A stretch of 64,000 bases of DNA from Candidatus Woesearchaeota archaeon (GTDB taxonomy: Archaea > Nanobdellota > Nanobdellia > Pacearchaeales > GW2011-AR1), in the NCBI GenBank assembly GCA_964490795.1, contig CAZBDY010000001.1:24806-88805 (forward strand), read 5' to 3'. Within the stretch, counting starts at the first letter, position 1. Each line of letters begins with the position of its first letter. Positions 30,020-40,637 of this stretch are shown piece by piece. Both the position numbers and the translations under genes were made by a program. The notes below the pieces were generated by a model. The model did no database searches and was not told the origin of the DNA. It saw only the letters and a program-made list of their open reading frames with translations.

Positions 30020-30745
30020 TTAAATTTTTTCATTTAATATTTCTAAAGCTTCTTGTTCAGTAAAATGCAATTTTCCTGGGATAATTAAACAAAAAGGTTC
30101 CTTTATTTTTGCTTTTTTTAACTTATTTACAGTAGAATAATAGAACTTACTTTGAAAACCCATTCTTTCACAAACTACAATTTTATCTAATTTTACATTA
30201 TTTTTATCTTGTTTTATTGCTTGTTCTAATTGTTCTAAACATTTTTTTAATGACAACCCAATATCTATTAAAATTAAACTATGGGCAGAAATTTTCTTAT
30301 TATTTTTTATAATATTTAAAAAACCTAATGATTTTCCTTTTTGTTCCCATGAAGGCATACTTGTTATTTTTCCAAATTTATATAATTGTAACCCAGTTTC
30401 AGAAACAGCATCAAATATACTTGAATTATGTAAAATTTTATATTTAATCTTTCCCTTTTTACAGCTTAAAATTAAAGAAATATGGGTAGTTGCCATTAAA
30501 GGAGAGCCATAGACTAATAAAGTTATATCTTTACTTTTAGATTCTAATATTAATTTATCTGACTCTACTCCTTCTCTATTAACTTCTATAATTTTTTTAC
30601 CAAATATTTTTTCTAATTGATTTTTGTTATAAGGAAATTTAATAGTATAATTTTCTAAATAAACTTTATCAGCTTTTCTTATTGTTTCTAAAGCTTCTTT
30701 TCCTATACTTTCTAAATTTAATCCTAAACCAATTAAATAAAACAT
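30020..30745 (-). CDS. dph5: diphthine synthase (tetrapyrrole-methylase fold)
   Basis: N-terminus MFYLIGLGLNLESIGKEALETIRKADKVYLENYT is characteristic of Dph5/DphB. Confidence 0.65.
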   Translation of the reverse strand: MFYLIGLGLNLESIGKEALETIRKADKVYLENYTIKFPYNKNQLEKIFGKKIIEVNREGVESDKLILESKSKDITLLVYGSPLMATTHISLILSCKKGKIKYKILHNSSIFDAVSETGLQLYKFGKITSMPSWEQKGKSLGFLNIIKNNKKISAHSLILIDIGLSLKKCLEQLEQAIKQDKNNVKLDKIVVCERMGFQSKFYYSTVNKLKKAKIKEPFCLIIPGKLHFTEQEALEILNEKI

Positions 30746-30769
30746 AAGGAATTAAAAGTAAATTAATTT

Positions 30770-31366
30770 TTAATTGTTTCGTTCATTAATATAAACCAAG
30801 AACATTGCTAGAATTGCCCCAAGAAAATTAGCAACTAAGTCTAAACTAGTATTAATATATCCTCCTACACCTGTTTCAGGAACAATAACAGTTGCCAAAA
30901 ACTCAATTATCTCGTTCAATGCTCCTAATCCCAGTCCAGCGAGGATAACAATAAAGGAGAGAGATTTCCATGATTTGGTTGTTTTCAGATTTGGCTTGAT
31001 AATATAATAAGCTAAAAGCGTAGCAACACCAAAACCAACAATATGCACAAATTGGTCATATTTTAAAACAAAATAAGGTTCTCCTATTAAATTTAAAATA
31101 ACAATCTCATATAATTTTGTTCCAGAAATAAAAACACTTCCTCCAGCTAAATGAAGTAACCCCCATAAAGTCAGCCCCCATAAAACAAAATTAGGATAAT
31201 TTATTTTTTTGTTGCTAATTAAAATCAGAGAGAGAGCAAGAATAATCACCCCAATATAACCTATAAATTCATAATTTCTTTTAATAATAAAGATATAACT
31301 AAAAATTAAAATTATAATCAAGTTAATAATAAATATTTTTAACTGCCCCTTTTTTAAATTAAACAT
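30770..31366 (-). CDS. membrane protein, unknown
   Basis: 198 aa, 5-6 TM helices. Confidence 0.4.
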   Translation of the reverse strand: MFNLKKGQLKIFIINLIIILIFSYIFIIKRNYEFIGYIGVIILALSLILISNKKINYPNFVLWGLTLWGLLHLAGGSVFISGTKLYEIVILNLIGEPYFVLKYDQFVHIVGFGVATLLAYYIIKPNLKTTKSWKSLSFIVILAGLGLGALNEIIEFLATVIVPETGVGGYINTSLDLVANFLGAILAMFLVYINERNN

Positions 31367-31461
31367 AAACTCTCTAATTCTAATATATTTATAAATCTTG
31401 TTTAATGATTAACTTTATAAAATATACTCGCTTTATATATAAAATAAAAAGGAGGTAAAAA

Positions 31462-31665
31462 ATGGCAGAAAAATCATTTGTAGGAATTGTTATGTGGATT
31501 GTAGAAACTTTAGTTGCCTTAGCAGTAGGTTTTGCTATGACTGACGGAACATTAGAAGTCCCATACATACCATTGGTAGTGACTCAAGTTGCTGGTTGGA
31601 TTGTAGTTATTGGAATAATAATTGGAGTTATATCAGCAATAGTTCAAGGAATGGCTAAAGAATAA
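31462..31665 (+). CDS. small hydrophobic membrane protein
   Basis: 67 aa, two TM helices; strong SD-like GGAGGT 7 nt upstream of the ATG. Confidence 0.4.
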   Translation: MAEKSFVGIVMWIVETLVALAVGFAMTDGTLEVPYIPLVVTQVAGWIVVIGIIIGVISAIVQGMAKE

Positions 31666-31685
31666 ACTTATTTATTTTTTATTTT

Positions 31686-31934
31686 TTATTTTTTTCTTAT
31701 TTTTTCATAACTTTTATATAAAGAAATTAAAGTTACTAAACAGACGAATATACTAAATATTGAAATTATTTTACTAAAAAATAAACTAATCAAAGAAATA
31801 ATAAAAAAGATAGAGATAATTAAAATAAACCACTTTCTTCCTTTTTCAAGTTCATCTTTTGTTAAGTAAGCTAATAAGTAACCTGCTGGAATTGCAAAAA
31901 AGATAATTAATATGCCTAAGATTATATTTATCAT
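31686..31934 (-). CDS. small membrane protein
   Basis: 82 aa, two TM helices. Confidence 0.3.
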   Translation of the reverse strand: MINIILGILIIFFAIPAGYLLAYLTKDELEKGRKWFILIISIFFIISLISLFFSKIISIFSIFVCLVTLISLYKSYEKIRKK

Positions 31935-32752
31935 AGGATATTATCTAAAGGAGACTTTATATTCTTTATTGATGCTTGGGATATTTGGGTATATATTTGT
32001 GTTGTTTTTATATTTGAATGTCCCAGAAGTTTTTGTATTATTCTTAAATCAGTTCCACCCTCAAGAAGATGTGTAGCAAAACTATGCCTTAGTAAATGAG
32101 GATAAACTCTTTTTTTAATTTTAGATTTTTTACCTGCATTTTTAATAATTTTGGCAATTGTTTTTTTAGTTAGTTTTCCTCCTTGATTTGAAGGAAATAA
32201 TATCTCTGAATTATTAAGTTTACAATAGTGTTCAAATTCTTCAGCAAGAGATTCAGGAATTTTAACAAATCTGTCTTTTTTACCTTTTGCAAGATTTATT
32301 TTTATTAATCCTTCTTCAAAATTTATATTATTTAATTTCAAATTAACAATCTCAGAAACTCTTAATCCGCACCCATAAAGAAGTTTAATTATAAGTTTAT
32401 GTTTTATGTTTGAAGTTACATCAATGAGTTTTTTAATTTCTTTAATAGTCAAAATTTCAGGAAGAGTTTTATTTCTTTTTGGATTTGGGATATCTAACTT
32501 TTTTCCCAAAACATTTTGAAAAAAATATTTAATAGTAAAAACATTATGGCTAACAGATGCAGGACTATCTTTTGATAATTTTTTAATAAGAAATTCCTTT
32601 GCACTTTCTTGATTAATCCCCTTATTTTCAGCAAACTCAAGATATTTTCCAACTTGATTTAAATAACCTTTAATTGTTTCTTTAGAATAATTCCTCAACT
32701 TCAAATTTTCTTCAAATTTGATTAACAATTCCCCCATAAATCTTAAAAACAA
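31931..32752 (-). CDS. xerA: tyrosine site-specific recombinase (XerA/XerC/D family)
   Basis: C-terminal catalytic region HLLRHSFATHLLEGGTDLRIIQKLLGHSNIKTTQIYTQ (R..HxxR..Y); 273 aa. Confidence 0.8.
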   Translation of the reverse strand: MFLRFMGELLIKFEENLKLRNYSKETIKGYLNQVGKYLEFAENKGINQESAKEFLIKKLSKDSPASVSHNVFTIKYFFQNVLGKKLDIPNPKRNKTLPEILTIKEIKKLIDVTSNIKHKLIIKLLYGCGLRVSEIVNLKLNNINFEEGLIKINLAKGKKDRFVKIPESLAEEFEHYCKLNNSEILFPSNQGGKLTKKTIAKIIKNAGKKSKIKKRVYPHLLRHSFATHLLEGGTDLRIIQKLLGHSNIKTTQIYTQISQASIKNIKSPLDNIL

Positions 32753-32834
32753 CTGAATTATATAAAGGTTACTAAAGCAACCTTAAAAGGATATATAACC
32801 TAGTAAAGGTTAATATCCAGAGTGTTATACGCAA

Positions 32835-32976
32835 TTAAATTTAATTTTCACGACTAGAAAACGGGAATTCTCTCTAAAAACTGAAAGGGCAATTTCTAAA
32901 AACTAAAGGGGTCGCCTTAGGTTGCTTCGCAACATATAGCTTGACTTCGTCAAGAAATTTATAGGGTCGCCGTTTT
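32835..32976. repeat. left arm of imperfect inverted repeat bracketing the metal/redox island
   Basis: Ordered blocks ttaaatttaattttc / gggaattctctct / aagggcaatttc / aaaggggtcgcc / gggtcgccgtttt recur in reverse complement at 40638-40839. It also contains triloop hairpins gttgc-ttc-gcaac and cttgac-ttc-gtcaag. Confidence 0.7.
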
Positions 32977-35237
32977 CACAACTTTTTCCTTCTCAACAAA
33001 TTAGCATTTGTAACAACAGTTATTGAAGAGGCAGCCATTGCAATTTCAGCAATTACTGGATGCAATAAGCCCAAGAATGCCAGTGGAATTGCAATAAGAT
33101 TGTAGGAATATGCCCAGAACAAATTCTGTTTTATTTTTTTAAATGTCGCTTTGCTTAATTTTATTGCAGAGACAACTCCGTCAAGATTTCCTCTTACTAA
33201 GACAATATCTCCTGATTCAATAGCAATATCTGTCCCAGTTCCCATTGCAATACCTACATTTGCCTGTTTTAATGCAGGAGCATCATTTATTCCATCACCA
33301 ACAAAAGCAACAAATCCTTTTTTTTGAAGTTGTTTTATTTTATCTGCTTTATCCTCTGGGAGAACATCTGCTATAACTTCGTCAATATTCACTTCTTTTG
33401 CAATTGCTTTTGCTGTCCTTTCATTATCTCCAGTTATCATAAGAGTCTTAAATCCAAGTTCATGAAGATCTTTAATTGCCTTTTTTGAATCTTCTTTTAA
33501 GGTATCTGCAACCGCCAAAATTCCAATTGCTTTTTTTTCAACAGCAACAATCATTGTTGTTTTTCCTTTGTTTTCAAATTCTTGAATCTCTTTTTCCATG
33601 TTCTTTATATTGACATTCTTTTCAGACATTAACTTTCTATTACCTATTATAACAGATTCTTTATTCAGCAATGCTTCAATTCCTCTTCCTCTTTGTATCT
33701 TGAAGTTAGATATTTTTTTAATTTTTAATTTCTTATTTTTTGCAGCCTCTACAATTGCTTTTGCAATGGGATGTTCTGAAGCAGATTCCAGTGATGCTGC
33801 AATTGTCAATAATTCTTTTTCTGAAATTGAAATTGCGTTTATATCAGTAAGTTCAGGTTTTCCTTTTGTGATTGTACCTGTTTTGTCAAAAACAATAAAT
33901 TTCACATCTTTCATTGTTTGTATTGCTTCTCCTCTTCGTATTAAAATTCCTCTTTCTGCACCCATTCCTGATGAAACCATCAGTGCAGTAGGAGTTGCTA
34001 ATCCTAAGGCACATGGGCAGGCAATCACTAAAACCGCAATTGCAGAAAATAAGGCAAGAGAGATAACTCCTATTTCTAGATTGATCCAAGGAATAAAACT
34101 AAAAAAAGATGCAATTGATTTAAAAAATTCGGGAAATACTAGCCAAGAGATAAATGAAAGAGATGCAATTACCAAAACAATAGGCACAAATATGCCTGTA
34201 ATTTTATCAGCGAGTTCTTGTATAGGAATTTTGCTTCCCTGTGCTTCTTCAACAAGTTTAATAATCTGGCTTAAAAAAGTATCTTTGCCTATTTTTGTTG
34301 TTTTTATATACAATATTCCATCTTGGTTAATTGTTGCTCCAATAACTTTATCTCCTTTGTGTTTATCAACTGGAAGAGATTCTCCTGAAACCATAGATTC
34401 ATCAACAGCAGATTCTCCTTTTACTACAATTCCATCTGTAGGAATTTTTTCTCCAGGCCTTACAACTAAAATATCACCCACTTTTACATCTTCCATTTTA
34501 ACTTCTTTTTCTTGTTTTCCTATAAGAATCCTGGCAGTTTTTGCCTCTAATTTCAATAATTTTTTTATTGCCTGGCTTGCTCTCCCTCTCGCTTTTGTTT
34601 CAATATATCTTCCAGTCAGGTGGAAAGCCATAATCATTGCCCCAACAGCCGCATAATTTTCTATTGGAAGCATTAAAATTTTTAGAGGACCTGTAACAAA
34701 GGCAGCAATTGTTCCGATTGCAATTAAAGAATCCATGTTAAAAGAAAAGTGTCTTATTGACTTTAATGCAGACTTTTGAGTGTTGTAACCTAAAATAAAA
34801 ATTACCGGAATTGCAAGAAGAATATACATTATATCTATTAATAAAATCATCTCCTTGCTTGTATCCATTGGCATAAAGAACATATGATAAATCATAAACA
34901 ACCCCAAAGGAGCTGCGAAGATCCAAGAGAATTTCATTTTCTTTTTTGCATTGCCCATTTCCTTTATTTCAGGGTCTATTTTATGATGTTTTTCTCCATC
35001 ATGAGAAGAAATATCTTTTCCAGTTTCTTCTTCTGGAAATGCCTTGTAATCTCCTGCATTTGAAACAGCATTTATAACTTTTTTGTCATCAACAAGTTCT
35101 GCTTCAACATAAAGTTTTTTTGTAGCAAAATTAACATATGCATTTTTTATTTCTTTTAATTTATTTACAGAAGTTTCTATATTCCTTGCACAACTTGCAC
35201 AATGCATTCCTTCAATTAAAAATATTTTTTTAGTCAT
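32976..35237 (-). CDS. copA: copper/heavy-metal translocating P1B-type ATPase
   Basis: N-terminal [18 protein letters not shown] transport motif [10 protein letters not shown], phosphorylation site DKTGTIT, hinge [10 protein letters not shown]. Confidence 0.9.
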   Translation of the reverse strand: MTKKIFLIEGMHCASCARNIETSVNKLKEIKNAYVNFATKKLYVEAELVDDKKVINAVSNAGDYKAFPEEETGKDISSHDGEKHHKIDPEIKEMGNAKKKMKFSWIFAAPLGLFMIYHMFFMPMDTSKEMILLIDIMYILLAIPVIFILGYNTQKSALKSIRHFSFNMDSLIAIGTIAAFVTGPLKILMLPIENYAAVGAMIMAFHLTGRYIETKARGRASQAIKKLLKLEAKTARILIGKQEKEVKMEDVKVGDILVVRPGEKIPTDGIVVKGESAVDESMVSGESLPVDKHKGDKVIGATINQDGILYIKTTKIGKDTFLSQIIKLVEEAQGSKIPIQELADKITGIFVPIVLVIASLSFISWLVFPEFFKSIASFFSFIPWINLEIGVISLALFSAIAVLVIACPCALGLATPTALMVSSGMGAERGILIRRGEAIQTMKDVKFIVFDKTGTITKGKPELTDINAISISEKELLTIAASLESASEHPIAKAIVEAAKNKKLKIKKISNFKIQRGRGIEALLNKESVIIGNRKLMSEKNVNIKNMEKEIQEFENKGKTTMIVAVEKKAIGILAVADTLKEDSKKAIKDLHELGFKTLMITGDNERTAKAIAKEVNIDEVIADVLPEDKADKIKQLQKKGFVAFVGDGINDAPALKQANVGIAMGTGTDIAIESGDIVLVRGNLDGVVSAIKLSKATFKKIKQNLFWAYSYNLIAIPLAFLGLLHPVIAEIAMAASSITVVTNANLLRRKKL

Positions 35238-35689
35238 TTTGACTCCTTTCTAAAAACAAATTTATTTATTAAAAACAAAGTTGCTATAGAAGTTATTGAA
35301 AGTTGTATTAAAGGAGTTAAGCCAATTCCAAAAATTATGGGCATAAATTCATTATATTGCCATGAATTAAATAATATGGCTTTAACTTCAATGAAGATAG
35401 CAAAAAGAATTCCAAATATTGCCAAAAAAGTATAATCTCTCTTTTTAGGATTGATTATCCAATTAAAGTCTCTATTAAAAAGTGAAACTAATAAGATCAT
35501 TATTCCAATGTACACAACATCACCTAATGTTGAAAAAAGTATTTTTGGAATAAAAAAATAGATATTGTTTTCTAAAGGCGGAATATTCCAGTTGTAAAGT
35601 ATACTATGGGAGACTTCCCAGAATAAATTAAGAAAAAATGAAAAAATTAATATCCCAAGTAAAGCATAAAATTTTTTTTGTTTTGTCAT
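35234..35689 (-). CDS. membrane protein, unknown
   Basis: 151 aa, 4 TM helices, overlaps copA start. Confidence 0.4.
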   Translation of the reverse strand: MTKQKKFYALLGILIFSFFLNLFWEVSHSILYNWNIPPLENNIYFFIPKILFSTLGDVVYIGIMILLVSLFNRDFNWIINPKKRDYTFLAIFGILFAIFIEVKAILFNSWQYNEFMPIIFGIGLTPLIQLSITSIATLFLINKFVFRKESK

Positions 35690-36003
35690 TCTCTACTCCT
35701 TGGATTTTCCACTAATATTAACAAAAAACTTGTATTTTCTTCTGCTTTTAATGAATGAACAGCATTTTCTTTCATATTGATAAAAACCCCTTCTTTCATT
35801 TCAATATCTTTTCCTTCTAAATTAAAAATTCCTTTTCCTTCAATAACATAGACATATCCTTGTTTTGTAGAAGTATGCTCGTTAATCTCTGTTCCCTTTG
35901 CCATACAAAATAAACCAACATCTGATTTTTCGTTTTTAAAAACCTCTTTACTTAAAACTCCTTCTTTAGGATATTCTATCATTTGCTTTATTTGTTTATT
36001 CAT
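35686..36003 (-). CDS. cupin-domain protein
   Basis: GYVYVIEGKGIF...AVHSLKAEENTSFLLIL is a two-motif cupin pattern. Confidence 0.5.
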   Translation of the reverse strand: MNKQIKQMIEYPKEGVLSKEVFKNEKSDVGLFCMAKGTEINEHTSTKQGYVYVIEGKGIFNLEGKDIEMKEGVFINMKENAVHSLKAEENTSFLLILVENPRSRE

Positions 36004-36090
36004 TTTTTAAACTCCTAACAAAATTAAGATGTTTCATTTCTTTGTTTATTCATTTTTTAAACTCCTAACAAAATTAAGATGTTTCATTTC
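35991..36090. repeat. perfect 50 bp tandem duplication (x2) spanning the hemerythrin stop and cupin start junction
   Basis: tttgtttattcattttttaaactcctaacaaaattaagatgtttcatttc occurs at 35991-36040 and again at 36041-36090, with a partial third unit following. Confidence 0.85.
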
Positions 36091-36651
36091 TTTGTTTTTA
36101 TTTATATTGGCAATTCTTTTGAATTTTTCCAACATTTCTTTTTCTATACTCTCATTTAATATATCATCAGCCATAGGATAAAGAATGTTATCTTCTTTGA
36201 AAATATGTTCTTGTATTAAGTTAGCATAACCTCTTGCATTTTCTATTAAACCCTGTTTATCATTCTTTTCTAGAGATTCTTCCATGCCTTTTACAAAATT
36301 TCTTCCCTCGTCATGTTCAGATAACATTTGTTCAACTGGATTGCAATGCAAACATTCAGAATCTTTCTCTGCGCATTTATTAAATTCCTTAAATAAAATC
36401 TCTTCTTCTTTTGCATGATGAAATTTATCAGCATAATTTCTAATAAAATCAATTATCTTTCTAAAAAAATCTTTATCAATTTCCTTTCTAAAAAAATCTT
36501 TATCAATTTCCTTTCCATTCTCAATTAGATCACATTCTTTTGTTAAGGCATCAACTACTTTCAAGATATTTTCATGCTCCTTTGTTAAAATCCTGGAGCT
36601 TTCTCGTTTTATTTTCTTTTGAAACATTTTTATTATTCCTAGTTTAACCAA
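36046..36651 (-). CDS. hemerythrin-like (HHE cation-binding) protein
   Basis: H..E..H spacing (HHAKEEEILF, LSEHDEGRNF, HIFKEDN); contains an in-frame 27 bp duplication encoding EIDKDFFRK twice. Confidence 0.45.
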   Translation of the reverse strand: MVKLGIIKMFQKKIKRESSRILTKEHENILKVVDALTKECDLIENGKEIDKDFFRKEIDKDFFRKIIDFIRNYADKFHHAKEEEILFKEFNKCAEKDSECLHCNPVEQMLSEHDEGRNFVKGMEESLEKNDKQGLIENARGYANLIQEHIFKEDNILYPMADDILNESIEKEMLEKFKRIANINKNKEMKHLNFVRSLKNE

Positions 36652-36967
36652 AAGTTAAAATTTTGTCTGATTCTTCAACTAATTTTAACAAGTCTTTCAT
36701 GGTTGAAATTGGACAAACTTTACTACCTTCTTTTTCTCTTGATTCTAAGCAAGTTCCACAAGCTAATATTTGCCCTTGGTTATCAAGAAATAAATCGGTT
36801 TGTTCTTTTACATTATACTTCTCATCCTTAATACTTTCAATTTCAACGCCTTTATTTATTAAGAAAACTTTTACTTCATGATTTGCTTTTAATGATGTAT
36901 TTCCAAATCTGAAAGCATTCCAAACAACTTCTGGTTCATTTGTGCTTATTATTATTCCAAGTTTCAT
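36644..36967 (-). CDS. DsrE/DsrF (YchN)-like small protein
   Basis: MKLGIIISTNEPEVVWNAFRF N-terminus and a conserved Cys typical of the DsrE-like fold. Confidence 0.35.
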   Translation of the reverse strand: MKLGIIISTNEPEVVWNAFRFGNTSLKANHEVKVFLINKGVEIESIKDEKYNVKEQTDLFLDNQGQILACGTCLESREKEGSKVCPISTMKDLLKLVEESDKILTFG

Positions 36968-37185
36968 TTTTTATCTTCCTGCAATTGTTTAATCAACCAC
37001 ATAATAGAGAGTATTAATACTACAAAAATAAGAAACATAAAAATCCAACCAAATCCCATCATAGGCATCATTCCATAACTACTATTTAATCTTCCTCCAA
37101 AGCCAAACACCCCTAAAAATAAAAATGCAGTTACTGCGATTATTATTCCAATCAATAAATTATTATTTTTTTTCATATCTCGCAC
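36964..37185 (-). CDS. small membrane protein
   Basis: 73 aa, two TM helices. Confidence 0.3.
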   Translation of the reverse strand: MRDMKKNNNLLIGIIIAVTAFLFLGVFGFGGRLNSSYGMMPMMGFGWIFMFLIFVVLILSIMWLIKQLQEDKK

Positions 37186-37511
37186 ACCCCACCATCAGTT
37201 GAAGTACATCTGCCTTCTTCTATCCCTTTTTTGCATTGAGGACATACTTTATCAAACTCTTTATTTTTTATCATATCATCACAATAACAGCTTCCATCTT
37301 CCCATATCCAATTACCAAGATAGCACATTGTACATGGTGGCTCTATGCAACAATCATATCTTCCAATTTCCTTTGCATCTTCAATATTACTAAACAACTG
37401 ATTTAATAAAAGTTCTCTTTTTGTTTCAAAATTTCTTTGATTTGTAAATACCAAAAGTGAGCTAAATACAATAAGAAAGGCAAGGATTGATATTAAAAAT
37501 ATTCTTTTCAT
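37173..37511 (-). CDS. secreted cysteine-rich protein
   Basis: Signal/TM, then 12 Cys including CCIEPPCTMC. Confidence 0.35.
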   Translation of the reverse strand: MKRIFLISILAFLIVFSSLLVFTNQRNFETKRELLLNQLFSNIEDAKEIGRYDCCIEPPCTMCYLGNWIWEDGSCYCDDMIKNKEFDKVCPQCKKGIEEGRCTSTDGGVCEI

Positions 37512-37864
37512 TCTAATTCACATCCTGAAATTTGAGCAAGTCTACCAAGTTGTTGCAGACCAGGATAATTTTCTCCATTTATTTTCCAAGTTGGATAGCC
37601 CGTTACTCCGGCAGATTGACATTCCTGCTTGTTTTTATCACAATCCCTAAAATCCACATATTTAAATGAACTTCCAAATAAATCTTTTTGTCTTTGGCAA
37701 TAGCTACACCATCCTGTCCCATACATTACAACTTCTTTTTCAGTCAGGCACTGAGCAAATTCATCATATTGTCCAATTGAATCAGGTTTAAAAAATAAGT
37801 AAATAAGTATTGCTAATAAAAAGACCCCTCCAAATATCAAAATATTTCTGGTTAATTTTTTCAT
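37508..37864 (-). CDS. membrane-anchored thioredoxin/glutaredoxin-like protein
   Basis: N-terminal TM, CxxC active site GTGWCSYCQRQ. Confidence 0.5.
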   Translation of the reverse strand: MKKLTRNILIFGGVFLLAILIYLFFKPDSIGQYDEFAQCLTEKEVVMYGTGWCSYCQRQKDLFGSSFKYVDFRDCDKNKQECQSAGVTGYPTWKINGENYPGLQQLGRLAQISGCELE

Positions 37865-38319
37865 TTGAATCTATAAGCTCCCTTTTTTAAATCAGATATC
37901 TTAATTATCAAGTTGTCCCCTTCTATTTTGCTTGGCAAATAACCTGGCCAGCATCCACCACCACGAAGATTTTCTGTTCCTAAACCAGAAATAGGATATC
38001 TGTTTCCGCAATTATTACAAATCATAAAATCCCCTTCTTGTCTATACCCTTTTCTGCTTCCATAACAAACATCACAGGCATCAAAAGCTGTTTTTATTGT
38101 TCCATCTTTTGCCTTAACTACAAAATATTTTATTTTGATTCTACTCGAATCATATTCGTACCATTCTGCATTTTCAGATATTTCTGGTAAGGATATTTTT
38201 ATAGTTTCATCAGAATTTTTTATTGTATTTCCAGTTATATCTGATTTTCCTGAAAACAGAAAAAAAACACCAGCTAATAACAAGACAACTACAGATAAGA
38301 TTAATATTATTTTTGTCAT
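37861..38319 (-). CDS. membrane-anchored Cys-cluster protein (DUF2318-like)
   Basis: N-terminal TM; CDVCYG...CNNCGN double CxxC. Confidence 0.35.
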   Translation of the reverse strand: MTKIILILSVVVLLLAGVFFLFSGKSDITGNTIKNSDETIKISLPEISENAEWYEYDSSRIKIKYFVVKAKDGTIKTAFDACDVCYGSRKGYRQEGDFMICNNCGNRYPISGLGTENLRGGGCWPGYLPSKIEGDNLIIKISDLKKGAYRFK

Positions 38320-39212
38320 CTTGCTAAAACTCCCTCAATTGCTTGTTGAAATACATCATATTGCTGAGCTCCTGAAATTAATTTATATCCTTGTTCTGAA
38401 TTTCCAATTAAAAATCCAGGTGTTCCAGTGATTCCAAGAGATTGCCCAAATGAAGTTGATTGGCTAACTTGTGTTTTATATTTTCCAGAGTTTAAACATT
38501 CATTAAATGAAGTTTCATCTGCTCCTGTCTGAACAGCTAACCCAGATAATAGTGAGGGATTACTTCTCACTTCTTGTTGATTCTCTAAAATTAATCCAAA
38601 CATCTCCCAGAAAGCCTCATCTCCATTTAATTCTCTCACACAAAGTGCAGCCTCATGAGGTGTTGAGGTCCCCACACCAACAAAATCAGCGAAAATATGT
38701 TTAACTAGCCCTTTATCAATATAATTCTCTTTTATTAGGGGTTTTGTTTGAAGATAATGCCTCTGGCAAAAAGGACAACTAAAATCAGTGAATTCAATAA
38801 TTGTAACAGGTGCATCTTTATCACCCAAATAAGCATAATTTTCAATCTGAGACTCTTCAACATTAACTCTTTGGCCTTGTTGTACTTGTTGAGTTTGTTG
38901 TTGAGAAATTTGTGTTGGTTGAGAGATTAAAGGAGAAATCTCTTGAATAAAATATTCTCCATCTTTAGTTATATAAACTGGAATGTTTTGCCCCTCATAT
39001 AAAACAGTTATTTTATACAAATTTCCTAGATCTTGTGAATCAACAAAACTAATTCCACCTTCAGTTAAACTATTTAGATATTCTACTATTTTTGTTGATG
39101 CAGATTTTTCAGAGATAGTTCCTCCCCTAAATCCAAATGCTCCTATTAATACTATAAGCAGCAGAATTGCTGAGATTATCTGCCATATCCTTATATTATT
39201 TATTTTTTTCAT
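38316..39212 (-). CDS. DsbA-like thiol:disulfide oxidoreductase (thioredoxin fold), membrane-anchored
   Basis: N-terminal TM, Q-rich linker, CPFC active site FSCPFCQRHY. Confidence 0.55.
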   Translation of the reverse strand: MKKINNIRIWQIISAILLLIVLIGAFGFRGGTISEKSASTKIVEYLNSLTEGGISFVDSQDLGNLYKITVLYEGQNIPVYITKDGEYFIQEISPLISQPTQISQQQTQQVQQGQRVNVEESQIENYAYLGDKDAPVTIIEFTDFSCPFCQRHYLQTKPLIKENYIDKGLVKHIFADFVGVGTSTPHEAALCVRELNGDEAFWEMFGLILENQQEVRSNPSLLSGLAVQTGADETSFNECLNSGKYKTQVSQSTSFGQSLGITGTPGFLIGNSEQGYKLISGAQQYDVFQQAIEGVLAR

Positions 39213-39252
39213 TTGCTCAACCTCTGAATATTTTTTATTTTTTGTTCCATTT

Positions 39253-40023
39253 TTATTTTCCTAAACTGCAAGTTGGACTTCCACAGCTCCCCCCACAAGA
39301 TGAAGATCCTCCACATCCTCCTGAACAGCTTCCTTCGGTATTATCTGCTAATTTTTGTACTTCCTGAATTTGGGTGTTTTGAGAATCACTAATTAAGGTG
39401 GCGGGATATTCCTCAAAAACCTCTAATCCTAAAATCTCATCTACAGAGGTTTTACTTTTATCATACTTTACTTCAAAATTATTTGGGAAAGAGTATTTTA
39501 CATCAATAATTCCGTCAATAGTTTTTATTTCATTTGAAATTAGAGGTGCATGACCTGGGCAAGGAATATCTGATTTTAAACTAATTGTTCCTAAATTTTC
39601 AGGATTTCCATCAAACACAACAGCTCCAGTCAGAGAAACATTTGCCAAAAGCGGAAATACAAAAAAGAAAAGAATCAAATTAATCCCTATGGTTGAGCCA
39701 TACATTATAGATAAATATCCTTTCTTTTTCTTAATCCCTTCCCAAGATAATAATTTATTTTTCCTTAGATATAGGAAAGACGATAGTGTTGCAAATCCTA
39801 CTGAAAGCAATATTAAATAGTGAAAGATATATCTATTCATCAAGAAAGGCCTAAAAAACTGCATTAATATCGTTGCTCCTAAAACTGCACCTATAATAAA
39901 CATAATACATCCAATATGAGGGATTATACCATAAGCTATTCCCATTAAAGGGTTATTTCCCTTATATTCTTTTTTTGGCTTGCAACAATCGGGCAAGTTT
40001 TGATTATTTGATTTTTCTTCCAT
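39253..40023 (-). CDS. membrane protein with HMA-like domain and Cys/Gly-rich C-terminal tail
   Basis: N-terminal CC pair, 4-5 TM helices, IPCPGHAPLISNEIKTIDGIIDVKY (HMA-like) and C-terminal CSGGCGGSSSCGGSCGSPTC. Confidence 0.35.
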   Translation of the reverse strand: MEEKSNNQNLPDCCKPKKEYKGNNPLMGIAYGIIPHIGCIMFIIGAVLGATILMQFFRPFLMNRYIFHYLILLSVGFATLSSFLYLRKNKLLSWEGIKKKKGYLSIMYGSTIGINLILFFFVFPLLANVSLTGAVVFDGNPENLGTISLKSDIPCPGHAPLISNEIKTIDGIIDVKYSFPNNFEVKYDKSKTSVDEILGLEVFEEYPATLISDSQNTQIQEVQKLADNTEGSCSGGCGGSSSCGGSCGSPTCSLGK

Positions 40024-40076
40024 AACAGGAGGTAGAATGAAACACCTTATAAGCGATTGTATGAAACTAGTTTCAG

Positions 40077-40583
40077 TTAGTGTTTAAGAATAATAATATT
40101 AGTCATGCCTCTTCTTTTTCTTTCAACTAAACCTTTCCCTTCTAATCTATCTAACAAACGAGTAACTTTGACTTTTGTAAGTTTTGATTTATCTACCAAA
40201 TCTGATTGAAATATTGTTCCATCTGCTTCCACAATCTTCTCAAAGATAAGTTTTTCATCATCACTTAAATCACTCATTACTTTCTGATAATTTTCTTTTG
40301 TAATCTTTTTAGGCTCAATTTGTTGTTTAATTGTTTTGACTTTTGTAATTATTTTTTCTTCTATCCCAAAGAATACTAAATATAATCCAATTATAATTAT
40401 AAAGACCATTATCCCTATACTCATGTTAGTCTGAAAATTTATTGAACCCCACATTGGGCAGGTAGAGCCATGTTCACAAGAAGTATTAATAATCTCAGTC
40501 ATTGCTCTATTAAAAGAGAATATTATAAAACCTATTAGTGCTGCTATTCCTAAAACTATAAATCCTGCAATTCGGTTCTTCAT
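40077..40583 (-). CDS. membrane-anchored winged-helix transcriptional regulator
   Basis: Two N-terminal TM helices with a CEHGSTCPMWG Cys pair between them; C-terminal wHTH LSDDEKLIFEKIVEADGTIFQSDLVDKSKLTKVKVTRLLDRLEGKGLVERKRRG. Confidence 0.5.
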   Translation of the reverse strand: MKNRIAGFIVLGIAALIGFIIFSFNRAMTEIINTSCEHGSTCPMWGSINFQTNMSIGIMVFIIIIGLYLVFFGIEEKIITKVKTIKQQIEPKKITKENYQKVMSDLSDDEKLIFEKIVEADGTIFQSDLVDKSKLTKVKVTRLLDRLEGKGLVERKRRGMTNIIILKH

Positions 40584-40637
40584 ATTATAGGGAATAAATA
40601 ATCTTATTTAAATATCTTCTTATTTTTTTTAGGGGTT

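Noticed and set aside
33598-34656. 352 aa ORF on the plus strand inside copA (plus nested ORFs 33886..34089 and 34738..34926)
   Set aside because: It lies antisense to a P-type ATPase carrying all canonical motifs. The translation is low-complexity (S/I/F-rich) with no motifs, the typical shadow ORF of an AT-rich gene.
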